Assembly: GCA_039811685.1 (NCBI GenBank)
Contig: JBDHZC010000005.1
Span: 96,001 to 160,000, forward strand
Reading direction: 5' to 3'
Source: Armatimonadota bacterium
Lineage (GTDB): Bacteria > Armatimonadota > UBA5829 > DSUL01
DNA length: 64,000 nucleotides
Position numbers and translations under genes: made by a program. A model generated the notes under the pieces. That model was not told the origin of the DNA. It did not search any database and was given only the letters and a program-made list of their open reading frames with translations. The first letter of the stretch is position 1. Each line of letters begins with the position of its first letter. Below, piece by piece: positions 8,953 through 18,035 of the stretch.

Positions 8953-10305
8953 TTGGCAGACCTGAACCCGACCATCTTCAAAGCGTACGACATCCGCGGA
9001 ACCTACCCGGACCAGTTGAACGAAGACGCCGTTTACCGGATTTGCCGCGCCTATGGCACGATGCTGAAGGGAAAGACGGCGATTGTCGGGCACGACATGC
9101 GCCTGTCGTGGGAAGCCCTGTTCCCTGAAGTTCTGCGAGGCCTGACAGACGCGGGGCTGGATGTATGGGACGTCGGGCTGGTCAGCACGCCGCTGTACTA
9201 CTACTGCGTAAATGCACTGAAAGGCGATGTCGGAATAATGCTCACGGCATCGCACAACCCCGGCGAGTACAACGGCATCAAACCCACGGGCCCGCAGGCC
9301 ATCCCCAGCATCTCTTTCGTGTCCAACACAGAGATTCAGAAGCTCGCCAACTCACAGGATTTTCCGCAACCTCCTCAAAAGGGGCGCATCCTGGGCAAGA
9401 AGGACGTGCTGAATGACTACATTGAAGCAGTCATAAAGACTTCCGGCCTGCACGACGCAGGCGGTATGAAGGTGGCCATTGATACCGCTAACGCTATGGG
9501 TGGCCTGACGGCTCCCAAGATCGCTGAGCGCATCAATCTGAAGGCCTTTCCGCTCTACTGGGACATTCACGGCGGCTTTCCCAATCACGAAGCCAACCCG
9601 CTGCACGAGGAGACTCTGATTGCGCTAAAAGCCAAAGTCCGCGATGAAGGCGCCGCGCTGGGAGTGGCCTATGACGGAGACGCGGACCGTGTGGGTTTCG
9701 TTGACGAAAAAGGCGACACCATTCCCGGAGATATGATCACCGCGCTTCTGGCGCGCCAGATTCTCAAGCAGCACCCCGGCGCCACAATCCTTTACGATCT
9801 ACGCTCAAGCTGGTCGGTGAAAGAAGAGATTGAGAAGGCAGGCGGCAAGGCTGTGATGTGCCAGGTTGGGCACGGACTCATCAAGCGGCAGATGCGCGAA
9901 GGCGACGCGATTTTCGCCGGCGAGCTCTCCAGCCACTACTACTTCCGCGACTTCTTCATCACTGACAATGGAGATCTGGCGATGCTGGGCATATTGTCTC
10001 TGCTGAAAGAAGCCAGCGAGACTGCAAGTGAGCTCTGGCGGCCCATCAAGCGCTACTTCCATTCAGGAGAAATCAACTCGCAGGTGAAAGATCAGCACGC
10101 TAAACTCCAGGAGCTGGAAGACAAGTATGGCCCCAGCGCGCAGACAGTGCTGCACCTTGACGGACTGACAGTGGAGTACGCGGACTGGTGGTTCAATGTG
10201 CGCCCATCCAACACGGAGCCTTATCTGCGCCTCAATCTGGAATCCAAAGACGAAAAGCAGATGGAGGCCAAACGCGACGAACTCCTTGCGTTGATCCGCA
10301 GTTAG
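8953..10305 (+). CDS. Phosphomannomutase/phosphoglucomutase
   Basis: FKAYDIRG, TASHNP, DGDADR, GELSSH, RPSNTEP; AAGGAG RBS. Confidence 0.95.
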   Translation: MADLNPTIFKAYDIRGTYPDQLNEDAVYRICRAYGTMLKGKTAIVGHDMRLSWEALFPEVLRGLTDAGLDVWDVGLVSTPLYYYCVNALKGDVGIMLTASHNPGEYNGIKPTGPQAIPSISFVSNTEIQKLANSQDFPQPPQKGRILGKKDVLNDYIEAVIKTSGLHDAGGMKVAIDTANAMGGLTAPKIAERINLKAFPLYWDIHGGFPNHEANPLHEETLIALKAKVRDEGAALGVAYDGDADRVGFVDEKGDTIPGDMITALLARQILKQHPGATILYDLRSSWSVKEEIEKAGGKAVMCQVGHGLIKRQMREGDAIFAGELSSHYYFRDFFITDNGDLAMLGILSLLKEASETASELWRPIKRYFHSGEINSQVKDQHAKLQELEDKYGPSAQTVLHLDGLTVEYADWWFNVRPSNTEPYLRLNLESKDEKQMEAKRDELLALIRS

Positions 10306-10428
10306 AGTGAGTGGCCTTCAGCGGCGCACAGGCCCGGCCGGGACTGCTGGCAGGAAGGAATAAGCCCGCTTTGCGTCATAGTCTGCAACTGACACATACG
10401 CATCAAACAGGCGGGCACACTCTCTACC

Positions 10429-11706
10429 ATGCTTGACATCAAACTTATCCGATCAGACCCTGACGCTGTACGCCGGCGGCTCAGCCGCCGCGGTTATGGC
10501 GAGGCCGTCGATCAGCTCTTGAGCCTGGATGAAGACCGCCGCCGTTTGATCCAACAGGTTGAAGACCTCAAAGCGCGACGCAACGCCGCTTCTGAAGAAA
10601 TTGCCCGGGTCAAAAAGGAAAAAGGCGACGCCTCCAGCATCATCAGCGAGATGAAGCAGGTCTCCGACGAGATTAAAGCGCTGGACGCAGAGCTGAAGTC
10701 TGTCGATGATGCGCTGGATGAGCGCCTGAGTGACCTGCCTAACCTTCCTGACGAGAGCGTGCCGGACGGCGCCGGGGAAGAGGACAATGTCGAGATTGAG
10801 CGCTCAGGTGATCCGCCATCGCTCAGCTTTGAGCCGAAACCCCACTGGGATATTGCGACTGCGCTGGACATCATAGACTTCGAGCGTGGGGCAAAGCTGG
10901 CTGGCTCCGGTTTCATTCTCTACAAGAGGCTGGGCGCGCGGCTTGAGCGGGCGCTGATCAACTTCATGCTGGACATGCATACCACCAGTCACGGCTATAC
11001 CGAGGTGTGGCCACCGTACCTGGCGCTGCCTTCCGTGATGTACGGGACGGGTAAGCTTCCGAAGTTCAAGGACGACATGTACTGGGTGACCGAGGACGAT
11101 CTGTATCTCAACCCAACTGCGGAGGTCCCGATTACCTGTATCCACATGGACGAGATTCTGTCGCCAGGAACACTGCCACTTCGCCACACCGGATATTGCG
11201 CCAGCTTTCGCCGCGAAGCCGGCGCCGCCGGCAAAGACACCCGGGGACTTATCCGCCTGCACCAGTTTGACAAAGTGGAGCTCGTACAACTCACGGAACC
11301 GGAAAAGAGCTACGACGCGCTGGAGGAGATGCTGAAGCAGGCAAAAAATGTTGTCGAAGCGCTTGGCTTTACTTACCGCGTCCTCAACTGCTGTGCGGGA
11401 GACATCGGTCAGGCCGCCTCCAAGATGTACGATGTGGAGATCTGGGCGCCCGGGCTGGGCAAGTGGCTGGAGGTCTCCAGCGTTTCAAACTGCACGGACT
11501 ACCAGGCGCGCCGCGCCAACATTCGCTTTCGCAGAGAGCCAACCGCAAAGCCGGAGTTTGTCCACACGCTGAACGGCAGCGGAATAGCGCTTCCGCGCAC
11601 GATGATCACGCTCATAGAAACTTATCAACAACCTGACGGCTCTGTCCTCATCCCCGAAGTCCTGCGCCCCTATATGGGCGGCATGGAAGTCATTTCCTCA
11701 TCCTAG
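10429..11706 (+). CDS. serS: Serine--tRNA ligase
   Basis: MLDIK, PTAEVP, FRREAG, RLHQFDKVE, HTLNGSG. Confidence 0.98.
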   Translation: MLDIKLIRSDPDAVRRRLSRRGYGEAVDQLLSLDEDRRRLIQQVEDLKARRNAASEEIARVKKEKGDASSIISEMKQVSDEIKALDAELKSVDDALDERLSDLPNLPDESVPDGAGEEDNVEIERSGDPPSLSFEPKPHWDIATALDIIDFERGAKLAGSGFILYKRLGARLERALINFMLDMHTTSHGYTEVWPPYLALPSVMYGTGKLPKFKDDMYWVTEDDLYLNPTAEVPITCIHMDEILSPGTLPLRHTGYCASFRREAGAAGKDTRGLIRLHQFDKVELVQLTEPEKSYDALEEMLKQAKNVVEALGFTYRVLNCCAGDIGQAASKMYDVEIWAPGLGKWLEVSSVSNCTDYQARRANIRFRREPTAKPEFVHTLNGSGIALPRTMITLIETYQQPDGSVLIPEVLRPYMGGMEVISSS

Positions 11707-11856
11707 ACGGCACGCACCTCTGTTTCTGAGCGAGTAGTCGCGGACGTTAGCACCTGGCAGGGCTTCATTTCCTGTACGGATGAGTCTGCCAAACACGCTG
11801 AGAAAAGGAAGCGGTTCTGCGTGGCTTTTCCGTATCGCGGTTATAATTTCACAGCC

Positions 11857-13347
11857 ATGAAAACACAAACTCAGATTTCCTCCGTCACAGAGCATGCTTG
11901 CGACGCTCTGATTGTCAATCTTTTTGAAGGCGTTACCACACCGGGCGGCGCGACAGGCGCGGTGGACAAGGCGCTCGGCGGCCTGATCAGCCAGCTTATC
12001 GCGCAGGAGAAGTTCGAGGGCAAGCTCGGAAAGACTCTGCTCATTCACTCGCAGGGGAAGATTCCCGCTGCTCGCGTTGTGCTGGTGGGACTGGGCAAAT
12101 CGCAGGACTTCACGCTGGAAGCTGTGCGCAGAGCGTCCGCTGCCGCTATTCGCAAAGCCAGAGAAGCCCGTGCGGCCAGCGTGTCGTCCATCTCGCACGG
12201 GGCGCGCATCGGCGGGCTGGAGCCAGCCTCCGCCGCTCAGGCGACAGTGGAAGGCGCCCTGATCGCCAGCTATGAGTTCACCAAGTACAAGAGCAAGCCA
12301 GACAACGCCGCAATCGAGAGCTTCACCCTCATAAGCAACGATCCGGCTGAGGTTGAAAAGCTGGAACGGGGGGCGCGGAAGGGTCAGATCGTAGCGGAGG
12401 CTGTCAACGAAGCGCGCGACCTCATCAACACACCGGCAAGCGATGTGTATCCGGAGATGCTTGCCGGGTATGCGGAGGCGCTGGCGCATGAGGCGGGCCT
12501 CGGCGCGCGGGTGCTGGACCGCGAGGAGTGCGAGCGCATGGGTATGGGCGCTTTTCTGGCGGTAGCCAAAGGCTCTGAGCGGCCCCCCAGATTCATCGTC
12601 CTGAAGCACACGGTCGAAGGTGCGAAAAAGACTGTCGCTATTGTCGGCAAGGGTGTTACATTCGACACCGGCGGCTACTGCATCAAGACGGCGGAATCCA
12701 TGTTTACGATGAAGGATGATATGTCCGGGGCGGCGGCGGTGCTTGCGGCGATGCGGGCCGTCGGCAGGCTGAAGCCCGGCGTAAACGTCATGGGCATCGT
12801 GGCGGCCACGGAGAACATGATCAGCGGGTCAGCGTACCGTCCGGGCGATGTGGTGCGCGCGATGAACGGCAAGACCATCGAGATTGAGAACACGGACGCC
12901 GAGGGGCGCGTCACCCTCTCCGATGCGCTGTCCTACGCCGCTTCTGAAGGCGCGGATGAGATTATTGATCTGGCTACGCTGACGGGCGCATGCGTGGTGG
13001 CTCTTGGAAGGCGCATCAGCGGGCTGTTCTGCAACAACGACGCTTTGAGAGCGCGGCTGATGGAGGCTTCCGATACCTCAGGGGATCTTCTCTGGGACAT
13101 GCCGCTGCTTGCCGACTACTTCGAGCAGATTGAAAGCAAGGTCGCGGATATGAAGAACACCGGCGGCCGGGAAGCCGGAGCGACGACCGCCGCGCTTCTG
13201 CTGCAGGAGTTTGTGGACGCTAAGCCCTGGGCGCACATTGACATCGCCGGTCCGGCATTTGTGAGTAAGGACAACGGGCTGGTCTCCTACGGCGGGACGG
13301 GAGCGGGCGTGCGGCTGCTGATTGAGTATCTGACGCGAGGGCAGTAG
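11857..13347 (+). CDS. pepA: Leucyl aminopeptidase (M17)
   Basis: VGKGVTFDTGG, MKDDMSG, NTDAEGR, WAHIDIAG; ATG chosen downstream of TATAAT at 11842-11847. Confidence 0.95.
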   Translation: MKTQTQISSVTEHACDALIVNLFEGVTTPGGATGAVDKALGGLISQLIAQEKFEGKLGKTLLIHSQGKIPAARVVLVGLGKSQDFTLEAVRRASAAAIRKAREARAASVSSISHGARIGGLEPASAAQATVEGALIASYEFTKYKSKPDNAAIESFTLISNDPAEVEKLERGARKGQIVAEAVNEARDLINTPASDVYPEMLAGYAEALAHEAGLGARVLDREECERMGMGAFLAVAKGSERPPRFIVLKHTVEGAKKTVAIVGKGVTFDTGGYCIKTAESMFTMKDDMSGAAAVLAAMRAVGRLKPGVNVMGIVAATENMISGSAYRPGDVVRAMNGKTIEIENTDAEGRVTLSDALSYAASEGADEIIDLATLTGACVVALGRRISGLFCNNDALRARLMEASDTSGDLLWDMPLLADYFEQIESKVADMKNTGGREAGATTAALLLQEFVDAKPWAHIDIAGPAFVSKDNGLVSYGGTGAGVRLLIEYLTRGQ

Positions 13348-13351
13348 GCGC

Positions 13352-14203
13352 TTGCTGTGGGTTCTGCTGGCTCTGGCGGGTCTGATCGCCTATGCGCTTC
13401 TGATAGAGCCTTTCGCCGTGCGTCTGCGGAGGGTGACGATGTGGTGCCCGCGTCTGCCGGAGAGCTTCGACGGCTTTACCGTTCTTCAGATCAGCGATGT
13501 GCACATGGAGAAGATGGGGCTGCGGGAGCGCCGGGTCGCGCGTCTGATTCGCGGGCTGACGCCGGATGTCGTCGCCATCACAGGGGACCTTGCCGGGGAC
13601 GGGCCTTCGGGGGAAGCCCTCGCTCAGATAGCGCTTGAGAGCCAGCCGCGCCTCGGCGTCTTTGCGATCTCCGGCAACTCCGATGTGCGCCATCCGGAGC
13701 AGTACCGCGAGGTGCAGGCGGCCATGCGCTCGCTTGGAGTGGTCTTTCTGGAGAACGAACACCGGGCGCTGGAGCGCGGCGGAGAGAAGTTTGTGCTGGC
13801 CGGTGTCGAAGACCCACACACGGGGCTGGACGATCTGAACAAAGCTCTCGAAGGCGCGCCGCCGGGAGCTTTCATCTTTCTTCTTGCCCATGCGCCCTCC
13901 ATCGCCATCCCCGCTATCGAAAAGGGCGTGGACTGCGTGATCAGCGGACACACGCACGGCGGGCAGCTTGCGCTCCCCTTTTTGGGACCTCTCTTTACCC
14001 GCTCCGGGCACGGCAAAGCGCTCGCGGCGGGTCACGTTTACGGGCAGAAGCTGAAGGACGCGGTCGAGGTGGACCCTGGCGTAACCCAGATCTACGTCAG
14101 CCGGGGCATTGGCGCGAGCTTCCTGCCCGTGCGCTTTCTCAGCCCTCCGGAGGTGGCCATCTTCACCCTCCGCCGCGCTTCCGGCCCTCACCTGAAGACC
14201 TGA
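13352..14203 (+). CDS. Membrane-anchored metallophosphoesterase (YkuE/YaeI-like)
   Basis: SDVH, TGD, GNSD, LAH, SGHTHGGQ, YVSRGIG; N-terminal TM segment. Confidence 0.85.
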   Translation: MLWVLLALAGLIAYALLIEPFAVRLRRVTMWCPRLPESFDGFTVLQISDVHMEKMGLRERRVARLIRGLTPDVVAITGDLAGDGPSGEALAQIALESQPRLGVFAISGNSDVRHPEQYREVQAAMRSLGVVFLENEHRALERGGEKFVLAGVEDPHTGLDDLNKALEGAPPGAFIFLLAHAPSIAIPAIEKGVDCVISGHTHGGQLALPFLGPLFTRSGHGKALAAGHVYGQKLKDAVEVDPGVTQIYVSRGIGASFLPVRFLSPPEVAIFTLRRASGPHLKT

Positions 14204-14271
14204 TGGAGCGCGCTCGCCGGAGCAAGGAGGCGCAGAACGGGTAACTTTTTCCGGAATATCACAAAGCCTTC

Positions 14272-14300
14272 TTGACTCCCGCCCACCCGGATGCTAGCGT
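14272..14300 (+). promoter_or_regulatory. Sigma-70-type promoter
   Basis: TTGACT-N17-TAGCGT with TG extension. Confidence 0.55.
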
Positions 14301-14344
14301 ATGTCTGCGGGCGCTACGCGCGTCCAGCCAGGGAGGACCGGCAG

Positions 14345-14719
14345 GTGTTCAGACGTCTGGCGTCAGTGGTCATTGCGCTGGCTGCCGCAGGAGTTCTTAT
14401 TCTGAGGTCGGGTCAGAAGACGGCGCAGCCTTCTGGCTACGAGCTCGCACGTGAAACGCCACCTGAGATTTCCATAGTCGCGGGCGAGCGAACCACTATT
14501 TTCGCGAATCTTTCGCTGGATGGCAGTCCTGTTGATGGGGCTACGTTCGACATCACCATTAGCGGCGGCCGACAGCTTCCCCGCAACCACGACCCATCCA
14601 CGATCGGCGCCGCCAAAGCCGCCACCCCGGGTGACGGGATCACGCTGCGCTCCGCCGGAAGCCCGGGGGTACCTGCCGGTGGCCACCGCGTCTTATCATC
14701 TAAAGTAGGACCTTCATGA
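14345..14719 (+). CDS. Hypothetical protein with N-terminal signal/TM segment
   Basis: GTG start after GGGAGG; MFRRLASVVIALAAAGVLIL. Confidence 0.55.
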   Translation: MFRRLASVVIALAAAGVLILRSGQKTAQPSGYELARETPPEISIVAGERTTIFANLSLDGSPVDGATFDITISGGRQLPRNHDPSTIGAAKAATPGDGITLRSAGSPGVPAGGHRVLSSKVGPS

Positions 14720-15243
14720 TGCAGCACGACACGCGCCCGCGACAGGAATACGCCGGCGGGTACCGCTTCTGGGGCGCAAGGACGTGGCTGCTGTACGCTG
14801 GCGGCTTGGCGGCTTACCTTATACTGTGGCTGCTCGGCCTTGCGCTCAAACCTGTGCCCCCTGTCTTTCCCGGGGCGCAGGTGACTGGCGGCCAGACCTC
14901 GGCCGCACCGCTGTTTTCGGCGCGGGTTACGCGGGATTTCGTGAGCCATGCGGATTTCGAGAAAGTTCTCGCGTGGTACCGGGTGGCGCTCCAAAGCACT
15001 TCCGCGTCACCCGTAAATGGGCTCTTCGTCGATACGGCAGGAAAAGCTGGCAGCCGTAGCGCTCGTCTCCTTCACCCTTCCTGGCGCGGAACCACCCAGG
15101 TGACGCTCCGCCAGGCGTCGCAGCAGACGCAGATACGCCTGGTCAGCTCGGGGCAGCCCCCGCCTTCGCCTATCGCCCTCATGGCTCTATTGTTTGGAGT
15201 GTGGGTGGCGCAGCGGCTGCGCCGGTTTCGGATAACGGAGTAG
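14716..15243 (+). CDS. Hypothetical membrane protein (N- and C-terminal TM segments)
   Basis: ATGA overlap with the previous ORF; two hydrophobic segments; basic tail. Confidence 0.6.
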   Translation: MMQHDTRPRQEYAGGYRFWGARTWLLYAGGLAAYLILWLLGLALKPVPPVFPGAQVTGGQTSAAPLFSARVTRDFVSHADFEKVLAWYRVALQSTSASPVNGLFVDTAGKAGSRSARLLHPSWRGTTQVTLRQASQQTQIRLVSSGQPPPSPIALMALLFGVWVAQRLRRFRITE

Positions 15244-15340
15244 CCCTCCGCGTCAGATAGCGCCCTACTTATTCCGCATGCTTCTTTCATCCAGCATCGA
15301 TTTCATCTCTGTGCGACTACCCATGATACAATTCGGCTGC

Positions 15341-15369
15341 TTGACGCGGTGCAGAGGCTGCACTAGAAT
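15341..15369 (+). promoter_or_regulatory. Sigma-70-type promoter with a palindromic operator in the spacer
   Basis: TTGACG-N17-TAGAAT; spacer contains GTGCAG-AGG-CTGCAC. Confidence 0.7.
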
Positions 15370-15476
15370 AAGCATCCCAATACGGGCGCGCTTCGTGCTG
15401 GAGCGCTAACAATGCTGTTTCCGGGAGCGGCGACCAGCGATGAAGCCGGTGAAAGACAAAGGAGGACCTGACGACT

Positions 15477-16859
15477 ATGAGGCTGTCTACAGTATTTCGG
15501 CTGTTGGCGAAAGTGAGCTCAGCTTTATCTGCTGTGCTCATAGTAGCCTTCGCTACCGGGCCGCTTGCGGCTGACTACGGCAATATTGTAGTCAACGGTG
15601 ACTTTGAGAACGGACTGACAGGCTGGAATCTGGCCACCCCCACAAAACCAGCCTACAACTACAACAATCCCCCGATCTCCCCACAGATATTCAGCGGTAA
15701 CGGTCCTGTAAAGACCCAAACCTATCAGGGGACGTTTGGAGACCCGGTCAATACCATTCCGGCAGCCTACAACAATCACTCCATCGGGTGGTTTCGCTCG
15801 GGACCGCCCGCTGACAACTACGGAACGCTACCGGGCGGCTTTCTCTACAACTTCGTTTATCAGAACATCTTCGTAACGCCCGGCGTCGAGTACACCATTG
15901 AAAGCGCCAACTGGCAAGCCTCGGCCTGGAACACCTACGACGACTCGAAAAACAGCATCAACGAGATCGCTGCGATGCTGCTGATCCGTATGGATTCGCA
16001 GCTCGATACTCCCTACGACCCGAACGATCCGTCCACCTACAGCTTCCGGAGCACCTGCTGGAATCTGGCGTCGCTCGGAAACTGGGTTCCAAAGCAGTTG
16101 ACGCCGGGGTCTAAGTTCACCAGTACAACTGGGCGCGTCCAGATTCAGGTTCACTTTCAGGACGGCTACTACGACCGGGACTACGGGGACGCCTACACCA
16201 ACGTGATGATGGACGACCTCTACATCGGGCTGGACAAGCCGCTTGTCGCTCCGCCGACAGTTGCGTCTATCGCTGAGGCTAAGTCCAATCCCGATAGCAG
16301 CACGTTCAACATCGCCAATGACGCTGTGGTTACCCTTGCGGGGCAGGGCTTCTTCTACGCCCAGGACCCGGACGGCACAGCGGGTATCCACGTGAACTCG
16401 AGCGCCACTGTCGCCGTTGGAGACACGGTCAAGCTGGATGGCGTGACGATCGTCACGAACCCGGACGGTGAACGTCAGCTTAACGTTCTGACAGCCACGG
16501 TCACGGGCACAGGGACCACCAAAGTCCGAAAGACCACTAACAGAACGATTGACGGCAATGGCTATCCGGACGGTGAGATCCCGCTCAACCAGGGGCTGCT
16601 CATGAAGACCTCGGGCCGCGTGATGGACTCGCAGGTGGACCAAGACGGTAACCCGGTCCTGTTCATTGACGATGGCTCAGGTGTGGACGGCGGCAATACG
16701 CTCGGGCTGAACGGACTGCGCGTGATTGGCGACGGTACGGTGGATCTGTTTACGAACTACATCTTCACGGGTGTCGTCTCATCGGTTCGCGTGGATGGCA
16801 GGATCATCCGGGTCCTGCGCCTGCGCGGACCCTCAGATATCGTGCGCGCCGACCTGTAG
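15477..16859 (+). CDS. Secreted protein: CBM-like beta-sandwich domain plus ~200-aa C-terminal domain (probable tandem OB-like repeats)
   Basis: AAGGAGG RBS; signal peptide; NGDFENGLTGW; SIAEAK...FFYAQD...GLLMKTSGRV...FIDDGSG...RLRGPSDI. Confidence 0.85.
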   Translation: MRLSTVFRLLAKVSSALSAVLIVAFATGPLAADYGNIVVNGDFENGLTGWNLATPTKPAYNYNNPPISPQIFSGNGPVKTQTYQGTFGDPVNTIPAAYNNHSIGWFRSGPPADNYGTLPGGFLYNFVYQNIFVTPGVEYTIESANWQASAWNTYDDSKNSINEIAAMLLIRMDSQLDTPYDPNDPSTYSFRSTCWNLASLGNWVPKQLTPGSKFTSTTGRVQIQVHFQDGYYDRDYGDAYTNVMMDDLYIGLDKPLVAPPTVASIAEAKSNPDSSTFNIANDAVVTLAGQGFFYAQDPDGTAGIHVNSSATVAVGDTVKLDGVTIVTNPDGERQLNVLTATVTGTGTTKVRKTTNRTIDGNGYPDGEIPLNQGLLMKTSGRVMDSQVDQDGNPVLFIDDGSGVDGGNTLGLNGLRVIGDGTVDLFTNYIFTGVVSSVRVDGRIIRVLRLRGPSDIVRADL

Positions 16860-17003
16860 AGAACTCTCTTCTACGGGTGGTAGTGGCCGGAGCGGGAAGC
16901 TCCGGCCCGCGCCGGAAACGGCAGGGAAGCTCTTACGAGCTGTGATACTGACATCATCTACAGCTCACGCGGGACACAGCGGTCCCTTAGAAAGGACATA
17001 GTC

Positions 17004-17831
17004 ATGCGAGGTTCAGTGCTTTTGCGCCTCATAGCGCCACTGCCGGTTGTCTTGGCAATGGCCGCGCCGGCGTTGGCGGATTTTGGCAACGTCATAACAA
17101 ACGGCGACTTTGAAAACGGTCTCACGGGCTGGTCTGTTGCCGGCCCCAGCAAGGCGGGGTATAACTACAACGATCCTGCACTGCCGCCACAGACCTATAG
17201 CGGAACGGGGCCGGTAGATCTGCGAACCTACCAGGGCACGTCCGGTGGTTCGGCCAGCGCGTTCACGTCTGCTTACAGCGGATCGTCTCTCGGCTGGTTC
17301 CGCACGGGTGACCCCAGCACCAACCACGGATCACTTCCCGGCGGATTCCTGTACAACTATGTGTATCAGGACATTTACGTGACTCCGAACGTCGAATACA
17401 CGATTGAATCAGCAACGTGGCAGGCGTCGGCGTGGAATGGCTACAACAACGCCAAGAACGATGCCAATGAGATCGCCGCGATGTTTCTCGTTCGCATCGA
17501 TGGGCAGATTGATTCGATATACGATCCGAACGACTCGGCAACATTTGCGTTCCGCTCAACGTGCTGGAATTTGGCGTCACAGGGAAACTGGATATCCAAG
17601 AGCCTGGCGGCGAACTCGAAGTTCACCAGCACCACAGGCCGCGTGCAGGTGCAGCTTCACTTCCAGGACGGGTTCTACGACAGGACTTATACGGGCGAAA
17701 ACACGGACGTAGGATTCGATAATCTCTATATCGGACTCAACAGACCCGTTGTGCCGGAGCCTTCAAGTGCATTAGCGCTGTTTGGTGGCCTTGTTGGCCT
17801 GGCGCCCTTGGTGAGGCGCAAACAGAGCTAG
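17004..17831 (+). CDS. PEP-CTERM sorting-domain protein, paralog of the upstream gene
   Basis: Signal peptide ending ALA; C-terminal VPEPSSALALFGGLVGLAPLVRRKQS. Confidence 0.92.
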   Translation: MRGSVLLRLIAPLPVVLAMAAPALADFGNVITNGDFENGLTGWSVAGPSKAGYNYNDPALPPQTYSGTGPVDLRTYQGTSGGSASAFTSAYSGSSLGWFRTGDPSTNHGSLPGGFLYNYVYQDIYVTPNVEYTIESATWQASAWNGYNNAKNDANEIAAMFLVRIDGQIDSIYDPNDSATFAFRSTCWNLASQGNWISKSLAANSKFTSTTGRVQVQLHFQDGFYDRTYTGENTDVGFDNLYIGLNRPVVPEPSSALALFGGLVGLAPLVRRKQS

Positions 17832-17859
17832 ATCCGGTGACTGGCCGGAGCGCAAGGCG

Positions 17860-17900
17860 GGCGCGGGGGCTTCTCTCTATTGAGCCTCCGCGCCTTTCTT
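17860..17900 (+). terminator. Intrinsic terminator after the paralog pair
   Basis: 12-bp stem GGCGCGGGGGCT/AGCCTCCGCGCC followed by TTTCTT. Confidence 0.7.
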
Positions 17901-18035
17901 GTACGCTCGTCGCTAAGTCCGGGCGCCGGGAAACGTTCAAAGGCAAAGGAGATGGGCTCTCTTTCGGCAAATACGAGTGCGGCCTCCTATAGATTTTGGG
18001 TGATGGAGGCCGTTGCAAAGACCAGGAGGTAACCA

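Noticed and set aside
10306..10428. T-box leader upstream of serS
   Set aside because: Only about 120 nt, with no T-box consensus and no terminator.
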